64,000 nt of DNA from an uncultured virus (IMG/VR IMGVR_UViG_3300009509_000019) (IMGVR_UViG_3300009509_000019), one strand, 5' to 3'; positions 8,616 to 17,865 are shown, counted from the first letter of the stretch. Notes: generated by a model from the letters alone, not told the origin. Numbers and translations are program-made.

Positions 8616-10443
8616 AGCTGTCTCCAACTCCTATCTCGCAGTTCACAGGGAGGTTAGGCATCCACGATACTGGTGCTGTCAGCGCCTTGTGGAGTGCCTG
8701 CTTAACGGTTTCTACGTGTTGATCTGGCACGACGAATATCAACTCGTCATGTACTGAAAGTGCTGCCTTCAATCCTGCTCTTGCCAGCCGCAGCTCCGCT
8801 GTGGTCATGACAATCCTCGCAAGTGCTTGAACGACATTCTCTGTTAGCTTGCCGCCATAGATATCTCGCCATTCCTTACCGAACTTGTATTTGAATCGGC
8901 CGTTGGCGTTAGTGAGTTCCGGATATGTCAGGAACATACCATTAGGCAAGCGGATACGGCCAAGCAGCACCTCTATTGGCCCGTAGGAATACCCCTGACC
9001 ACTCAACATGCACTTCTTGATGTGCTCCATCGTGTTCCACTGTTCCACGATCTTGGTGTAGAGCGATCTGTAGGTTTCGACAACAGATTGAGCGTCGGTT
9101 AGCGTAAAGTCCTCGACACCAAACGCTTGCATACTGTCAAAGAATTTCTGGTAGCCCGACTGATAGCCAAGTGAGAGGACGCCCGTCTTAGCGACGAATC
9201 TTTCCTTCTCATGTGCTTTAGTGATTGTTCGTGCATATACTGAGTCACCGAACTGGCAGTAAACATCCCTCTCCGAGTCCTCAATGCTATCGAAGTGACG
9301 GAAAGCCTCAACCAAATCCATCTGACCAGCGAGGCAGGCCGTAATGCGCGCTTCAATCTGTGATAAATCCCCTGCGACGATCTTATGCCCGGGCGGTGCG
9401 GTGATAGCGCGGCGTAGCGGAGACTTCCTGCCAAGATTTTGAAGATTAAGTTTATCAAGTCCAGAAAAACGTCCCGGGTGAGCCCCATAATATAGAATCG
9501 GTACTGCCAAGACCTTGTCTTTCGTGCAGCGCGCAACAGCCTTAAAGCGATCAAGGCGCGTCTCGGTGATGGTAGATTTATGGAGGAGCCTCGCTTTGAC
9601 AAGCGCACGTACTTTGGGGTTGGGGTGTGATTGGAGTCGTTGGAAACCGGGGTCACTTTTAGCGAAGGCATAGGTTTGCTGTCCGGTTGTTGGGGATATC
9701 TTGAGGGGAACATCTACTTGATAGAGTCTAAGTAGATCAGCGAACTTGGGGTTACTCATTAGCTGACTGGGTTCTGACAAGCCAGCTTGTCGTAGTGCTA
9801 TGTTCTTCTCCTGCACTTCTTCCTCAAGTGCGTCCTCAATAACTTCTTCGTCAAGAGTAAGTTTGGGGCGGGTGAACTTCTTAACGGTGAGGTCTAAGAT
9901 TCGGAGTTCGTCTTTAGGGAAGTGCCCCCACATCTGCGTGAAGATGCTGTAGGTGAGAGCAACGTCTTGGCAACAGTATGCTGCATATCTCAGGATCGCA
10001 GCACCATCGAAGTCTTTGCGCCGCATACCCATCACCTTCTGGACTTCCTTCCCCTTGGCACCAGCTTGCAGATACTCCGAGACTGCTGCTAATGACATAC
10101 TCCCCGTGTACGGGGCGACAATAGGGCGACTGCCCATCATGGTACAAAAGTAACGCCACGGTTTTAGTCCTAAGACCCATTCCAGTATTGCGCCGTCGAA
10201 CATGGCGTTGTGCGCAACGACCAAGCAACCTTTCTCCTCAATACCGTAATCAAGTAAGACCTGACGCATGGCGTCATTGCCCATGGTGCCGTCATACCAT
10301 CGCGGCTCGCCACCGTTAATAGATACAGCGAAACCAATAATTTCAAACAACGGACTATGAACGTACTCCTGAGTAGTGAGTTTTGAAAGCGTGTACTCAT
10401 TGTCATAGTACGTCTCAAAGTCAATCGTTAAAATTTTCGCCAT
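8599..10443 (-). CDS. DNA polymerase family A with 3'-5' exonuclease
   Basis: IDFETY, AHNAMFD, YCCQDV, NLQNL, motif A DLSQIEAR, motif B RFVAKTGVLSLGY and motif C VHDEL. Confidence 0.96.
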   Translation of the reverse strand: MAKILTIDFETYYDNEYTLSKLTTQEYVHSPLFEIIGFAVSINGGEPRWYDGTMGNDAMRQVLLDYGIEEKGCLVVAHNAMFDGAILEWVLGLKPWRYFCTMMGSRPIVAPYTGSMSLAAVSEYLQAGAKGKEVQKVMGMRRKDFDGAAILRYAAYCCQDVALTYSIFTQMWGHFPKDELRILDLTVKKFTRPKLTLDEEVIEDALEEEVQEKNIALRQAGLSEPSQLMSNPKFADLLRLYQVDVPLKISPTTGQQTYAFAKSDPGFQRLQSHPNPKVRALVKARLLHKSTITETRLDRFKAVARCTKDKVLAVPILYYGAHPGRFSGLDKLNLQNLGRKSPLRRAITAPPGHKIVAGDLSQIEARITACLAGQMDLVEAFRHFDSIEDSERDVYCQFGDSVYARTITKAHEKERFVAKTGVLSLGYQSGYQKFFDSMQAFGVEDFTLTDAQSVVETYRSLYTKIVEQWNTMEHIKKCMLSGQGYSYGPIEVLLGRIRLPNGMFLTYPELTNANGRFKYKFGKEWRDIYGGKLTENVVQALARIVMTTAELRLARAGLKAALSVHDELIFVVPDQHVETVKQALHKALTAPVSWMPNLPVNCEIGVGDSYADAK

Positions 10444-10627
10444 GACCTGCCGCCTCAAGGAACGTGTCTTTATTAAATTTGTCATTCATCAAAGCGAAGT
10501 GTGCCGCCATTGTCTCAGCAGTTTCATCAATGATTCTTGATTGAATGTTGGAGCGAGTAACGATTGCTTCTTTTTGAGTACGTAATGCTTTCGCTACTAA
10601 CTCGTAGTCTTTCTTTGTCATTGCCAT
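10421..10627 (-). CDS. Small conserved phage protein
   Basis: MTKKDYELVA...N.KFNKD.FL.A pattern; strong RBS AAGGAG. Confidence 0.65.
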   Translation of the reverse strand: MAMTKKDYELVAKALRTQKEAIVTRSNIQSRIIDETAETMAAHFALMNDKFNKDTFLEAAGHGENFND

Positions 10628-10729
10628 TATCCTTCTCCTTAATAACGACACCCCGACCAGACCTGTCACCGTGGTCTTAACCATACGTGCTGGCCGGGGT
10701 GCCGAGCCTATCGGGAAGCTAACCCCGAA

Positions 10730-11281
10730 TTACTTAACGAGCCTCAACTTCTTAGCTTCAGCGTCAACATTCATCGCATTGATGTTGTTGACCATGTGCA
10801 TGAAGGCTTCGGATGAGTTAAGCCAGCGACCACCATCGGCACGCATAGCACCCATCTTCTTGAGTGCTTGGTGTGCTTTCTCAAGTTCGTTGCTGTTGAG
10901 CGTGAAGTTGATTTGGTGATCGTCGATTGCGTCGATGCGTTTCTTGATCGCACGTTGCCCGATCTTGTCATTCATCTTCGGCAGCACATCACACATATGC
11001 GTGAGGCCAAACTGCTTGAGCAGATTGATGGCTTCGTGCTTGAGGTATTTGAGTCGTCGGAAATGCCGATACATACTGGCGTACTTGAACGCAGTCGAAG
11101 CGGTGTAGGTGAGTTCTTCTTCGACAAGTTCTGTCATGGAGCCGTATTCCAGTAACTCATACAGCTTGCCATGTTGCATGGACGATATGATGGAACCCAT
11201 ATCGTAGTAAGCCTCAACGGTCTGATAGTCCAACTCAATCAGACGGTCAAGCAGTTTCTCGGCATACTTGCGATCTGCCAT
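10730..11281 (-). CDS. Hypothetical protein, possible HTH-type DNA-binding protein
   Basis: 183-aa ORF coupled to csrA, with helical Y..L.YGS..E.VEEEL....STAFKY pattern. Confidence 0.55.
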   Translation of the reverse strand: MADRKYAEKLLDRLIELDYQTVEAYYDMGSIISSMQHGKLYELLEYGSMTELVEEELTYTASTAFKYASMYRHFRRLKYLKHEAINLLKQFGLTHMCDVLPKMNDKIGQRAIKKRIDAIDDHQINFTLNSNELEKAHQALKKMGAMRADGGRWLNSSEAFMHMVNNINAMNVDAEAKKLRLVK

Positions 11282-11478
11282 TACTTTTCTCCTTTATGAT
11301 CGTCGGGGTAGCGGTCAAGTATCTCGCTTCTGACGATGTTTACATCCCTCGGGGCATCGAAACCCATCCGAATCTCGGTTCCCGTTGGGCCTTGCGTTGA
11401 CAGGTAGGTCACAACGATATCCCCGGTGGGATGTTTGATAACTACGCTGTCGCCAATTCTCCTTGTTAAGATAAGCAT
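11281..11478 (-). CDS. csrA: Carbon storage regulator CsrA/RsmA homolog
   Basis: MLILTRRIGDS...IRMGFDAPRDVNIVRSEI aligns to E. coli MLILTRRVGET...VRIGVNAPKEVSVHREEI. Confidence 0.93.
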   Translation of the reverse strand: MLILTRRIGDSVVIKHPTGDIVVTYLSTQGPTGTEIRMGFDAPRDVNIVRSEILDRYPDDHKGEK

Positions 11479-11490
11479 TTTATACTCCTG

Positions 11491-12153
11491 TTATTCCTTA
11501 GCTGCAAGTCCGGTGAATTTGATAATGTCCGGTGAAATGTCTGGACGTTCCTCTGGACACACGGAACCAATCGCCATCATGTTGGCAACCAACTCCGTCA
11601 TCTCAGGGTCGATAGTGAACCCCCTTGGTACACGCGACTTGCGCTCGGCATCACCAAGCGATTGCAACGTGTTAGGTGGCAAGAACCTGAGGATATCCTG
11701 CGGGAATATCCTAGCGATCTGGCCTGCTGAAGTGCAGGCTTCAATAGCGTTGTCCTTGTAACGTTCAGCACGTTTTACCTTCCACTTGATGGTGTGGAAG
11801 TCTTGGCACCATTGCCAAACATCATCGAAGTGCTCGTGCTCAGGAGTGATAAAGGCTCTCCAATTGGGCCAGCCAGTAATCCCATCGAACTCCAACTCGT
11901 ACTGCTCATCGTTCTCGTTACGAATGTCGAGACGATTGCTCCACCCACCCTCACGAATGAGTGACGGTGCGTTTTGCTTGAGTGCTTGGTACGGCTTGCG
12001 AATGTGCTTGGGCATACAATCGACAACCCACTCCACGACTGCTTCCTTCGATTGCAGCGGGAATGTCAGGTTGTTACCAGCACGAAACAGCACTTGGTCG
12101 AACCTTGAACTGATGTAACTCTTATCACTATCCGATAGCCTTTGTGTAGGCAT
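11491..12153 (-). CDS. Nmad5-like protein (paralog 1)
   Basis: C-terminal-half motif IEACTSAGQIARIFPQDILRFLP. Confidence 0.5.
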   Translation of the reverse strand: MPTQRLSDSDKSYISSRFDQVLFRAGNNLTFPLQSKEAVVEWVVDCMPKHIRKPYQALKQNAPSLIREGGWSNRLDIRNENDEQYELEFDGITGWPNWRAFITPEHEHFDDVWQWCQDFHTIKWKVKRAERYKDNAIEACTSAGQIARIFPQDILRFLPPNTLQSLGDAERKSRVPRGFTIDPEMTELVANMMAIGSVCPEERPDISPDIIKFTGLAAKE

Positions 12154-12165
12154 ACTCCTTCTCCT

Positions 12166-12927
12166 TTACAGTTGCAGTTGTCTTACTTGAAGTGACCGAT
12201 AGGTCTGGGTGCTTGGGAAGTCTGCAAGACTATAGAAACTTGAACACCTCCCATACTTGGGTCGAGACACGAAATCCGTTTCGGATTTATGCTCGGGTTG
12301 TAGTGCTGCAAATGCCAGCGTGTTTATTGCATCGTCAATCTCATGCGGCTCTACCGTTAACGCCGGATATGGCGAGGTCTTGGTATAGTCCTGCAACGCC
12401 AGCCTGTACTTCTCTGGCAAGAACGTGACGAGTTCTGGACTGACACGCTTGTACTGTCCCACGGTGTTGCAGCTATGCACGATTGCCTTAAGCACTTTCG
12501 CAGTACGAGTGAGTTGATCCTCCAAGCGTAATTGCTTTTTGGCCCACTTCATCACCTTACCAGCATACTTGTTATTAACATCCAACTCGATGTCATCATA
12601 GCTGTTATCAATGTTGGGAAAGATTGCTTGTGCAGAACGATATACAGCAGCACCATCGCCCGGGTAAACGTGCAGATAGAACTTGGTATCCAACACCTTG
12701 AAGTCAAAGCGTTGCACCCACGATATCGTCGATTTGCTGCGGTCACGTATCAGTCTTATTGCGGCCTCCTCATCCGCGGGCATGACTGATAGCGCGAAGT
12801 CCACCTGATCTACTGGAAACTGGTTGAGATAAAATAATCTCTCCGTCATAGCCAGCAGACTTTGGAACAAAAGACGTTTGTCTTTTACCTCTAAGCGAGG
12901 CTTGCTGTCAGGTTGCTGTTGATCCAT
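12166..12927 (-). CDS. Nmad5-like protein (paralog 2)
   Basis: Motif IVHSCNTVGQYKRVSPELVTFLP, similar to the adjacent gene. Confidence 0.5.
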   Translation of the reverse strand: MDQQQPDSKPRLEVKDKRLLFQSLLAMTERLFYLNQFPVDQVDFALSVMPADEEAAIRLIRDRSKSTISWVQRFDFKVLDTKFYLHVYPGDGAAVYRSAQAIFPNIDNSYDDIELDVNNKYAGKVMKWAKKQLRLEDQLTRTAKVLKAIVHSCNTVGQYKRVSPELVTFLPEKYRLALQDYTKTSPYPALTVEPHEIDDAINTLAFAALQPEHKSETDFVSRPKYGRCSSFYSLADFPSTQTYRSLQVRQLQL

Positions 12928-13183
12928 CTTCTCCTTCCTCCTTCTCCGTTAACCAATGAAAGCGTCCGAGCATGGCGTTGTAGAGAAACATACATGAAGC
13001 GGCAATCATCAATCCCCACATCCAATGTATCTCTCGCCAATGCTCTCGCACGAACTCAATGTAACCTTCAAGTCCTAGCCAATCTTGTATCAGCATATCG
13101 AATCCGAAGCCGAAGCCTAGCCCATACCAAAACGATCTGCGTATGGCGTAGTACAAGATAGCTGTGTTTGGCTTATCCATCAC
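12908..13183 (-). CDS. Small membrane protein
   Basis: Two hydrophobic segments; overlaps both neighbours. Confidence 0.6.
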   Translation of the reverse strand: MMDKPNTAILYYAIRRSFWYGLGFGFGFDMLIQDWLGLEGYIEFVREHWREIHWMWGLMIAASCMFLYNAMLGRFHWLTEKEEGEDGSTAT

Positions 13184-14349
13184 GCACCAAACAAGAAGGC
13201 ATCTTCGTCAAAGTCAGGCGTCTCCTCATCATCCTGAGATGATGCGGTTTCGTCTTCCACGACGTCGTCATCGTCGTCACCAGCCAGTGATGCCAAGAAC
13301 TTCTGGTCATCAGTTAGGGTGTCTACCTGATCCCCCTCTACCGTGTTTGTAAACTCGGCATCAGTAGAATCAATGGCTTGCGACTCTGATTCCTTATCAG
13401 TATCTATGGATGGATCTCCACTGTTGATAGCCCACACCTCATCTTCGCCAACCCACTTGCGAATCTTACGGGCCATTTCTGCTGAGTCCCTCGCAAGTGC
13501 GGCGTTATCCTTGTACGCATCAACTTCGTAGGCACAGAGATGTTCTTCGATACCATCAGCGATAGCAGCGATCTCTGCGTTGCCGGTGAAGTTCATGTTG
13601 CGCGTGAGGTTGACAAGATGCTTGAGGTTGCCGACCATCGACTTGAACAGCCGAGTCTTTTCACCCCTTGCTACCTTGCTTAACTGCACATCCATACGTT
13701 CGAGTTCGTCAATAAGCCGCTTCTGAACATCGCCAAGTGCGTTCTCCATCTGCGCCTCAAGACTCCTGTCATACAAGTCCTGCAACCCTGCCACTAGCTT
13801 TGCTGGCAGATTGCTGAGGCGATTGAAGTCGGTGCTTGCTGGTAACGGTTGCAGCGTCATCTCCGCACCAAACAACTGTGATATCTGCTGCTTGGTAGGA
13901 TAGTGAGCAGGGTTGTAAAGATCACCCTGCGTTAGCTGCACCTCGGCCAACAGATCGTCGTACTTGTTAAGAAGTTCATCACGTACTGCTTCGGCATCTT
14001 TCTTCAATCGAGCGAACTCGCTCATGAAGTCGATACTGTCAACAGTTGCGATAAGACGATCACCCTTCATTGCACCCACACTCGCAGTAGTCCACGGCAC
14101 AGTCTTGGAGTAGAACCAAGTTCTGATTCGCGTGTATGCAGCGTGCGTGTCCTTAAGTTCTGTATCCTTACCGGCAAACAGATTCTTAACAACGCTCGCA
14201 GCATTGCTGACGGCGTTCTTATTGGCCGTCAACTCTGCGGATGCTTCGCGGTCAGTCTTGCGACCAGACCAGATGCGAACAACGAGGCTTGACAACATAT
14301 AGTTGTTGACAAGGGCTTGGCTTACATCGACCTTAGTTTCTTCGGTCAT
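13180..14349 (-). CDS. DUF3150-like protein with acidic tail
   Basis: WSGRKTD, T.PW....G.RL and Y....YP motifs; lies next to vWA/MoxR genes; RBS GGAGAAAGG. Confidence 0.7.
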   Translation of the reverse strand: MTEETKVDVSQALVNNYMLSSLVVRIWSGRKTDREASAELTANKNAVSNAASVVKNLFAGKDTELKDTHAAYTRIRTWFYSKTVPWTTASVGAMKGDRLIATVDSIDFMSEFARLKKDAEAVRDELLNKYDDLLAEVQLTQGDLYNPAHYPTKQQISQLFGAEMTLQPLPASTDFNRLSNLPAKLVAGLQDLYDRSLEAQMENALGDVQKRLIDELERMDVQLSKVARGEKTRLFKSMVGNLKHLVNLTRNMNFTGNAEIAAIADGIEEHLCAYEVDAYKDNAALARDSAEMARKIRKWVGEDEVWAINSGDPSIDTDKESESQAIDSTDAEFTNTVEGDQVDTLTDDQKFLASLAGDDDDDVVEDETASSQDDEETPDFDEDAFLFGA

Positions 14350-14365
14350 TTCCTTTCTCCTTTTC

Positions 14366-15526
14366 CTAGTGGCCAACTTTGATTGGGATAGTCTCACCGT
14401 GGTCGGCCACACGGTCAGACGTTGCGACCCAGATTACTGGGTAGCCCGGAGGCTCACCGTAACCTGTGTACATATCGGTCAAGATGATGAGAACATCAGG
14501 CTTGATCGCTTCTTCTTCCAGCTTGCTGAAGATTGCTGGCATATCAGTACCGCCACCACCTTGCAGCTTGTACTCAACGATATCCTGCGGATCAATCACC
14601 TCAATCAAGTCGTAGCACTCAGTATCACAACTTGTGAGTATCAAGCGTTGCGGCCTGAGTTCGGTGAAGATTGCAGCAGACTCACCCTTGAAGTGCTTGA
14701 TCTCATCGTCGCTAACGGAGCCGGAGGAGTCGAAACCAATGACAACAGTGCCGCATTGGTGTGACTCAGTTCCCGGCCAGTAAACGTGCGGTGCGACGGC
14801 GAGACGACGCCTGTTAGGACGTTGCCATGTTGCTGCGTCCTTGCCAGCTACACGGTGTACTGCCAGCTTGACACGTTGCGCCCAATCAACTTGGGGCTCG
14901 CAGATTTCTCCGACGATACGCTCCATGCCAGCAGGACAGTTGCCTTGCTGCTTGGCTGCATTGGCCGCTGACTTGACAGCGCGCTGCACTTGCGACTTGG
15001 CAGGAGGTGGCTGGTTCGGGTCAGGTGGGAGGTGAACATCCCAATTGCCCTTGCCGTTGGTGTTACCGCCGCCACCAGCCCCCGGCTTCTCAGGAACCTT
15101 GAGGTAGATATCATCAACAAGATCATCAGCACCATAGTTCGGATGATGCAAACCACCCATGGGCATACGGCCCACGTTTGATTTCGCCAGCCAATCATTG
15201 ATGTTGTAATCAGCAGCCTGATTCCATCTGTTGCCTGAGAACTCCTTGAGGTCAGGGCCAACACCACGATCCATGTACATCTTCATGCGAGGTACGTGCT
15301 CAAGAATTACGTGAGCAACTTCGTGTGCCAGCACAAAGACACGTTCTTCGATATCAAGCGGGTTGTACCACGCAGGATTGACGAACAGCTTACTGCCATT
15401 CGTCGCCGCTGTCGGTACGTGATCGCTTTCTTCGATGGTCAATAAGTCCATCAAGATTACAGCGAAGAACGGGTGAGCATGGATGAGTCGGCTTAACGCC
15501 TCGCTCAGCTCGTATGACTTTGCCAT
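14366..15526 (-). CDS. Metallopeptidase (DUF2201-like) fused to vWA domain
   Basis: TAATNG, HEVAH zincin motif, WN.A.D..IN, MIDAS DSSGS, GGGGT and LTD. Confidence 0.9.
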   Translation of the reverse strand: MAKSYELSEALSRLIHAHPFFAVILMDLLTIEESDHVPTAATNGSKLFVNPAWYNPLDIEERVFVLAHEVAHVILEHVPRMKMYMDRGVGPDLKEFSGNRWNQAADYNINDWLAKSNVGRMPMGGLHHPNYGADDLVDDIYLKVPEKPGAGGGGNTNGKGNWDVHLPPDPNQPPPAKSQVQRAVKSAANAAKQQGNCPAGMERIVGEICEPQVDWAQRVKLAVHRVAGKDAATWQRPNRRRLAVAPHVYWPGTESHQCGTVVIGFDSSGSVSDDEIKHFKGESAAIFTELRPQRLILTSCDTECYDLIEVIDPQDIVEYKLQGGGGTDMPAIFSKLEEEAIKPDVLIILTDMYTGYGEPPGYPVIWVATSDRVADHGETIPIKVGH

Positions 15527-15535
15527 TAGTTTCTC

Positions 15536-16651
15536 CTATGCCGTGGTCTGAAGAACAAGCGCACGATGCTTGGCAATCCACTTGCTAAGACGAGGACTGT
15601 TCAACAACGCACCACCACTACGATCAAGCATGGACTTGCAGGCGCTCGTCTGAAGTTCGATGGGCAGCCTCTCAGTCCATTCCCAAATCTTGTCGATGTT
15701 CTTGGGGTTAGCGTGATGCAGGCAAAGTTGCACACCAGCATACGCAGCATCGAGTCGATCAGGGCACTTGGCTCGGCTTGGGTTAGCCAGAATTTCGTCG
15801 ATGGTAGGAAGGTCATCCGAGACACGGAGGAACACGAACAGTTCCGTTGCTACACCTTCACCAATGTAACCCGACACGAACTCCTGACTAACGTGGTCAG
15901 TCACGATCTTCATGTTAGGGTGTCCATCAGAATCGACACCAGCGACGTACCGGAGGTAGTCCCACGCCATTGTGTATGAACGTGCTGTGCAGTACGGCTT
16001 GGGATCGGACGGCACTTCGTTCACAAATGACCCCGGACGGGACTTACCGAAGGCAACACCCATCGGGTGCATGTGGTTAACGTTCTCCCACCAGAGAGAT
16101 GCGGAGTCGATATCGAACTGCACTTCGATGGTAGCCTCACGGTTGATGAGGTGCATCGGCGGTCTGATAACTGCTGACTTGTCGCTCAGGCGGTTGGACG
16201 TTGATATCACGCGCCAGCCTCGGGGCAAGTAATGCTCTGTCCCGAACTTCTTGTCAAGAACTACAGGGCCGAGTGCTGTCTGGGTAAGCAGTTGCGCTTG
16301 GCTCCTCTCGTCAAGAATGTAGACACCATATGGATGTGCTTCCAGATACTCGTCTGTCGGCATGATGCCCGGTCGCGTGAAGTATGATATGCCCTTGCCA
16401 TTCTTGTCCTTGGCAGGAACAAGGAACCCACGCGCATCGACGGAGTCGAGTGACGTACACACTTCTTCATGCACACCCATGGTAATCGGCTTGCCCAACT
16501 TCTCAGACAAGTGCTTACCAATGATGGCAGGAATCTCGTTGCGTCCGACGCTCGTCTTGCCGCATCCCGGTGGGCCGACCAAGTGCATGGCTGTCTCTGA
16601 CTCAAACCATGGGATGATCGTGGAGGGCTTGATAAGGTCTTTCATAAGCAT
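15536..16651 (-). CDS. MoxR-like AAA+ ATPase
   Basis: Walker A GPPGCGKT, Walker B ILDE, SNR, L.NR and TARS; adjacent to a vWA partner. Confidence 0.88.
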   Translation of the reverse strand: MLMKDLIKPSTIIPWFESETAMHLVGPPGCGKTSVGRNEIPAIIGKHLSEKLGKPITMGVHEEVCTSLDSVDARGFLVPAKDKNGKGISYFTRPGIMPTDEYLEAHPYGVYILDERSQAQLLTQTALGPVVLDKKFGTEHYLPRGWRVISTSNRLSDKSAVIRPPMHLINREATIEVQFDIDSASLWWENVNHMHPMGVAFGKSRPGSFVNEVPSDPKPYCTARSYTMAWDYLRYVAGVDSDGHPNMKIVTDHVSQEFVSGYIGEGVATELFVFLRVSDDLPTIDEILANPSRAKCPDRLDAAYAGVQLCLHHANPKNIDKIWEWTERLPIELQTSACKSMLDRSGGALLNSPRLSKWIAKHRALVLQTTA

Positions 16652-16727
16652 AATGCTTCTCCTTTTCCATAGCCGCGAGCAGGGTTAACGACGGTGGCGC
16701 GGCCATCTCCGCCGCCGTTATGGGCAT

Positions 16728-16756
16728 ATTATATACCCACGTTAAACTGTTGTCAA
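16728..16756 (-). promoter_or_regulatory. Perfect-consensus sigma70 promoter driving the MoxR-to-replication arm
   Basis: Minus strand TTGACA (16756-16751), 17-bp spacer, TATAAT (16733-16728). Confidence 0.92.
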
Positions 16757-16780
16757 GAGTATGATATCAAGGACTTGATA

Positions 16781-16975
16781 TCAGTGGTATTGACGGACTT
16801 CCGACATGGCCTGAACCACATCAATAGCAATGGCTGTCTCAACTTCGTAGCCGTGGAACATGAAGAACTCTGCATTGTCCTCAACAGCTTGACGAGTAGC
16901 CACACGAAACTCAGCCTCAACCCAATCATCGGTGAGGGCAATCATTCCAGTCTCGTTGTCGAACTCAACGGCCAT
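16781..16975 (-). CDS. Small acidic hypothetical protein
   Basis: Acidic ORF (MAVEFDNETG...) overlapping the upstream stop. Confidence 0.5.
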   Translation of the reverse strand: MAVEFDNETGMIALTDDWVEAEFRVATRQAVEDNAEFFMFHGYEVETAIAIDVVQAMSEVRQYH

Positions 16976-17207
16976 GTTCAAGTCGGTAGGGTGTCGTGTA
17001 CAACTCATTAAAGCACTCCTGTCGCTCCATTTCCATGACCTGTGAACCACGCGGCATAGCGTCACACGCGGCGTGCTGCTCGGCGCTGATAGCGCGGATC
17101 GGCTCGGCATATGCCTGCGACGTTGCCCACATGATCCACAGGGCGATGCTGACAAGGATCAAGATTACTGATCCAGCGATGATGAACGGTGGGGTCGGAC
17201 GATACAT
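16965..17207 (-). CDS. Small membrane-anchored protein
   Basis: N-terminal transmembrane helix, two Cys, RBS GGAGGAG. Confidence 0.6.
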   Translation of the reverse strand: MYRPTPPFIIAGSVILILVSIALWIMWATSQAYAEPIRAISAEQHAACDAMPRGSQVMEMERQECFNELYTTPYRLEHGR

Positions 17208-17503
17208 TTCACTCCTCCATGTTTGTGGATAAGGTAGTTGATGCGTTCTACGGGGACATATCCACAGATGCTCCCATCATAGAACGGTTTGAGAATCTTT
17301 GGCACACCACCTGACACGGCCACTTCGACACGCACCCATGGCCCCTTGTTGTCACGCGGTATGCAGTAATGGAACTCGCTGGCCTGTATTGACAGGGCGA
17401 GATCGTCTGTAAGCTGCAACATGGGCCGCACCCGGGGCAAGCCGACCATGTTGATATCCATTGTTAATGTCAACCACTTGTCAACATAGTTATCTATGAC
17501 CAT
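17165..17503 (-). CDS. Conserved phage early protein of unknown function
   Basis: SIQAS..HYC.PR....PW..VEV...GYVPV..I...I.KHGG pattern, which I recall from many phages. Confidence 0.7.
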   Translation of the reverse strand: MVIDNYVDKWLTLTMDINMVGLPRVRPMLQLTDDLALSIQASEFHYCIPRDNKGPWVRVEVAVSGGVPKILKPFYDGSICGYVPVERINYLIHKHGGVKCIVRPHRSSSLDQ

Positions 17504-17865
17504 GACTCTCCTCCATGCACAGTCTCATGCTTGCGACATTCATCAATATCAATGTCACCCTCATGCCTGCCCTGATCCCTGATGATGGCAAGCATCTGTT
17601 CATCATCGTCTGTGAAGTTCATCACATTTCCATCGGGTGTCGTGGTCACACGGTCACCGGCATCGTACTTGTCACATTCATGTGCCATAGTAGCCAGCCA
17701 ACGCAGTCTCCCCACGTTGTCGTCACGATAGTTCATCGGCTCCTGCATGGGCAGGTGGGGGTTAAGGTCAAGGGCGCACGTTACGTAAGTCTCCTCCCAT
17801 GTGTAGTCGGAGTACCCTTGCCCATCTAGGTATAGATACTTACATCCATCGCAGTTATGGGCCAT
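17494..17865 (-). CDS. Cys-containing acidic hypothetical protein
   Basis: CDGC N-terminus; RBS GGAGGAGG. Confidence 0.6.
   Translation of the reverse strand: MAHNCDGCKYLYLDGQGYSDYTWEETYVTCALDLNPHLPMQEPMNYRDDNVGRLRWLATMAHECDKYDAGDRVTTTPDGNVMNFTDDDEQMLAIIRDQGRHEGDIDIDECRKHETVHGGESWS

Noticed and set aside
8599..10443. Z-genome or deazaguanine-type DNA modification
   Set aside because: No purZ, dATPase, queuosine-pathway or thymidylate-synthase-like genes were recognised in the window.
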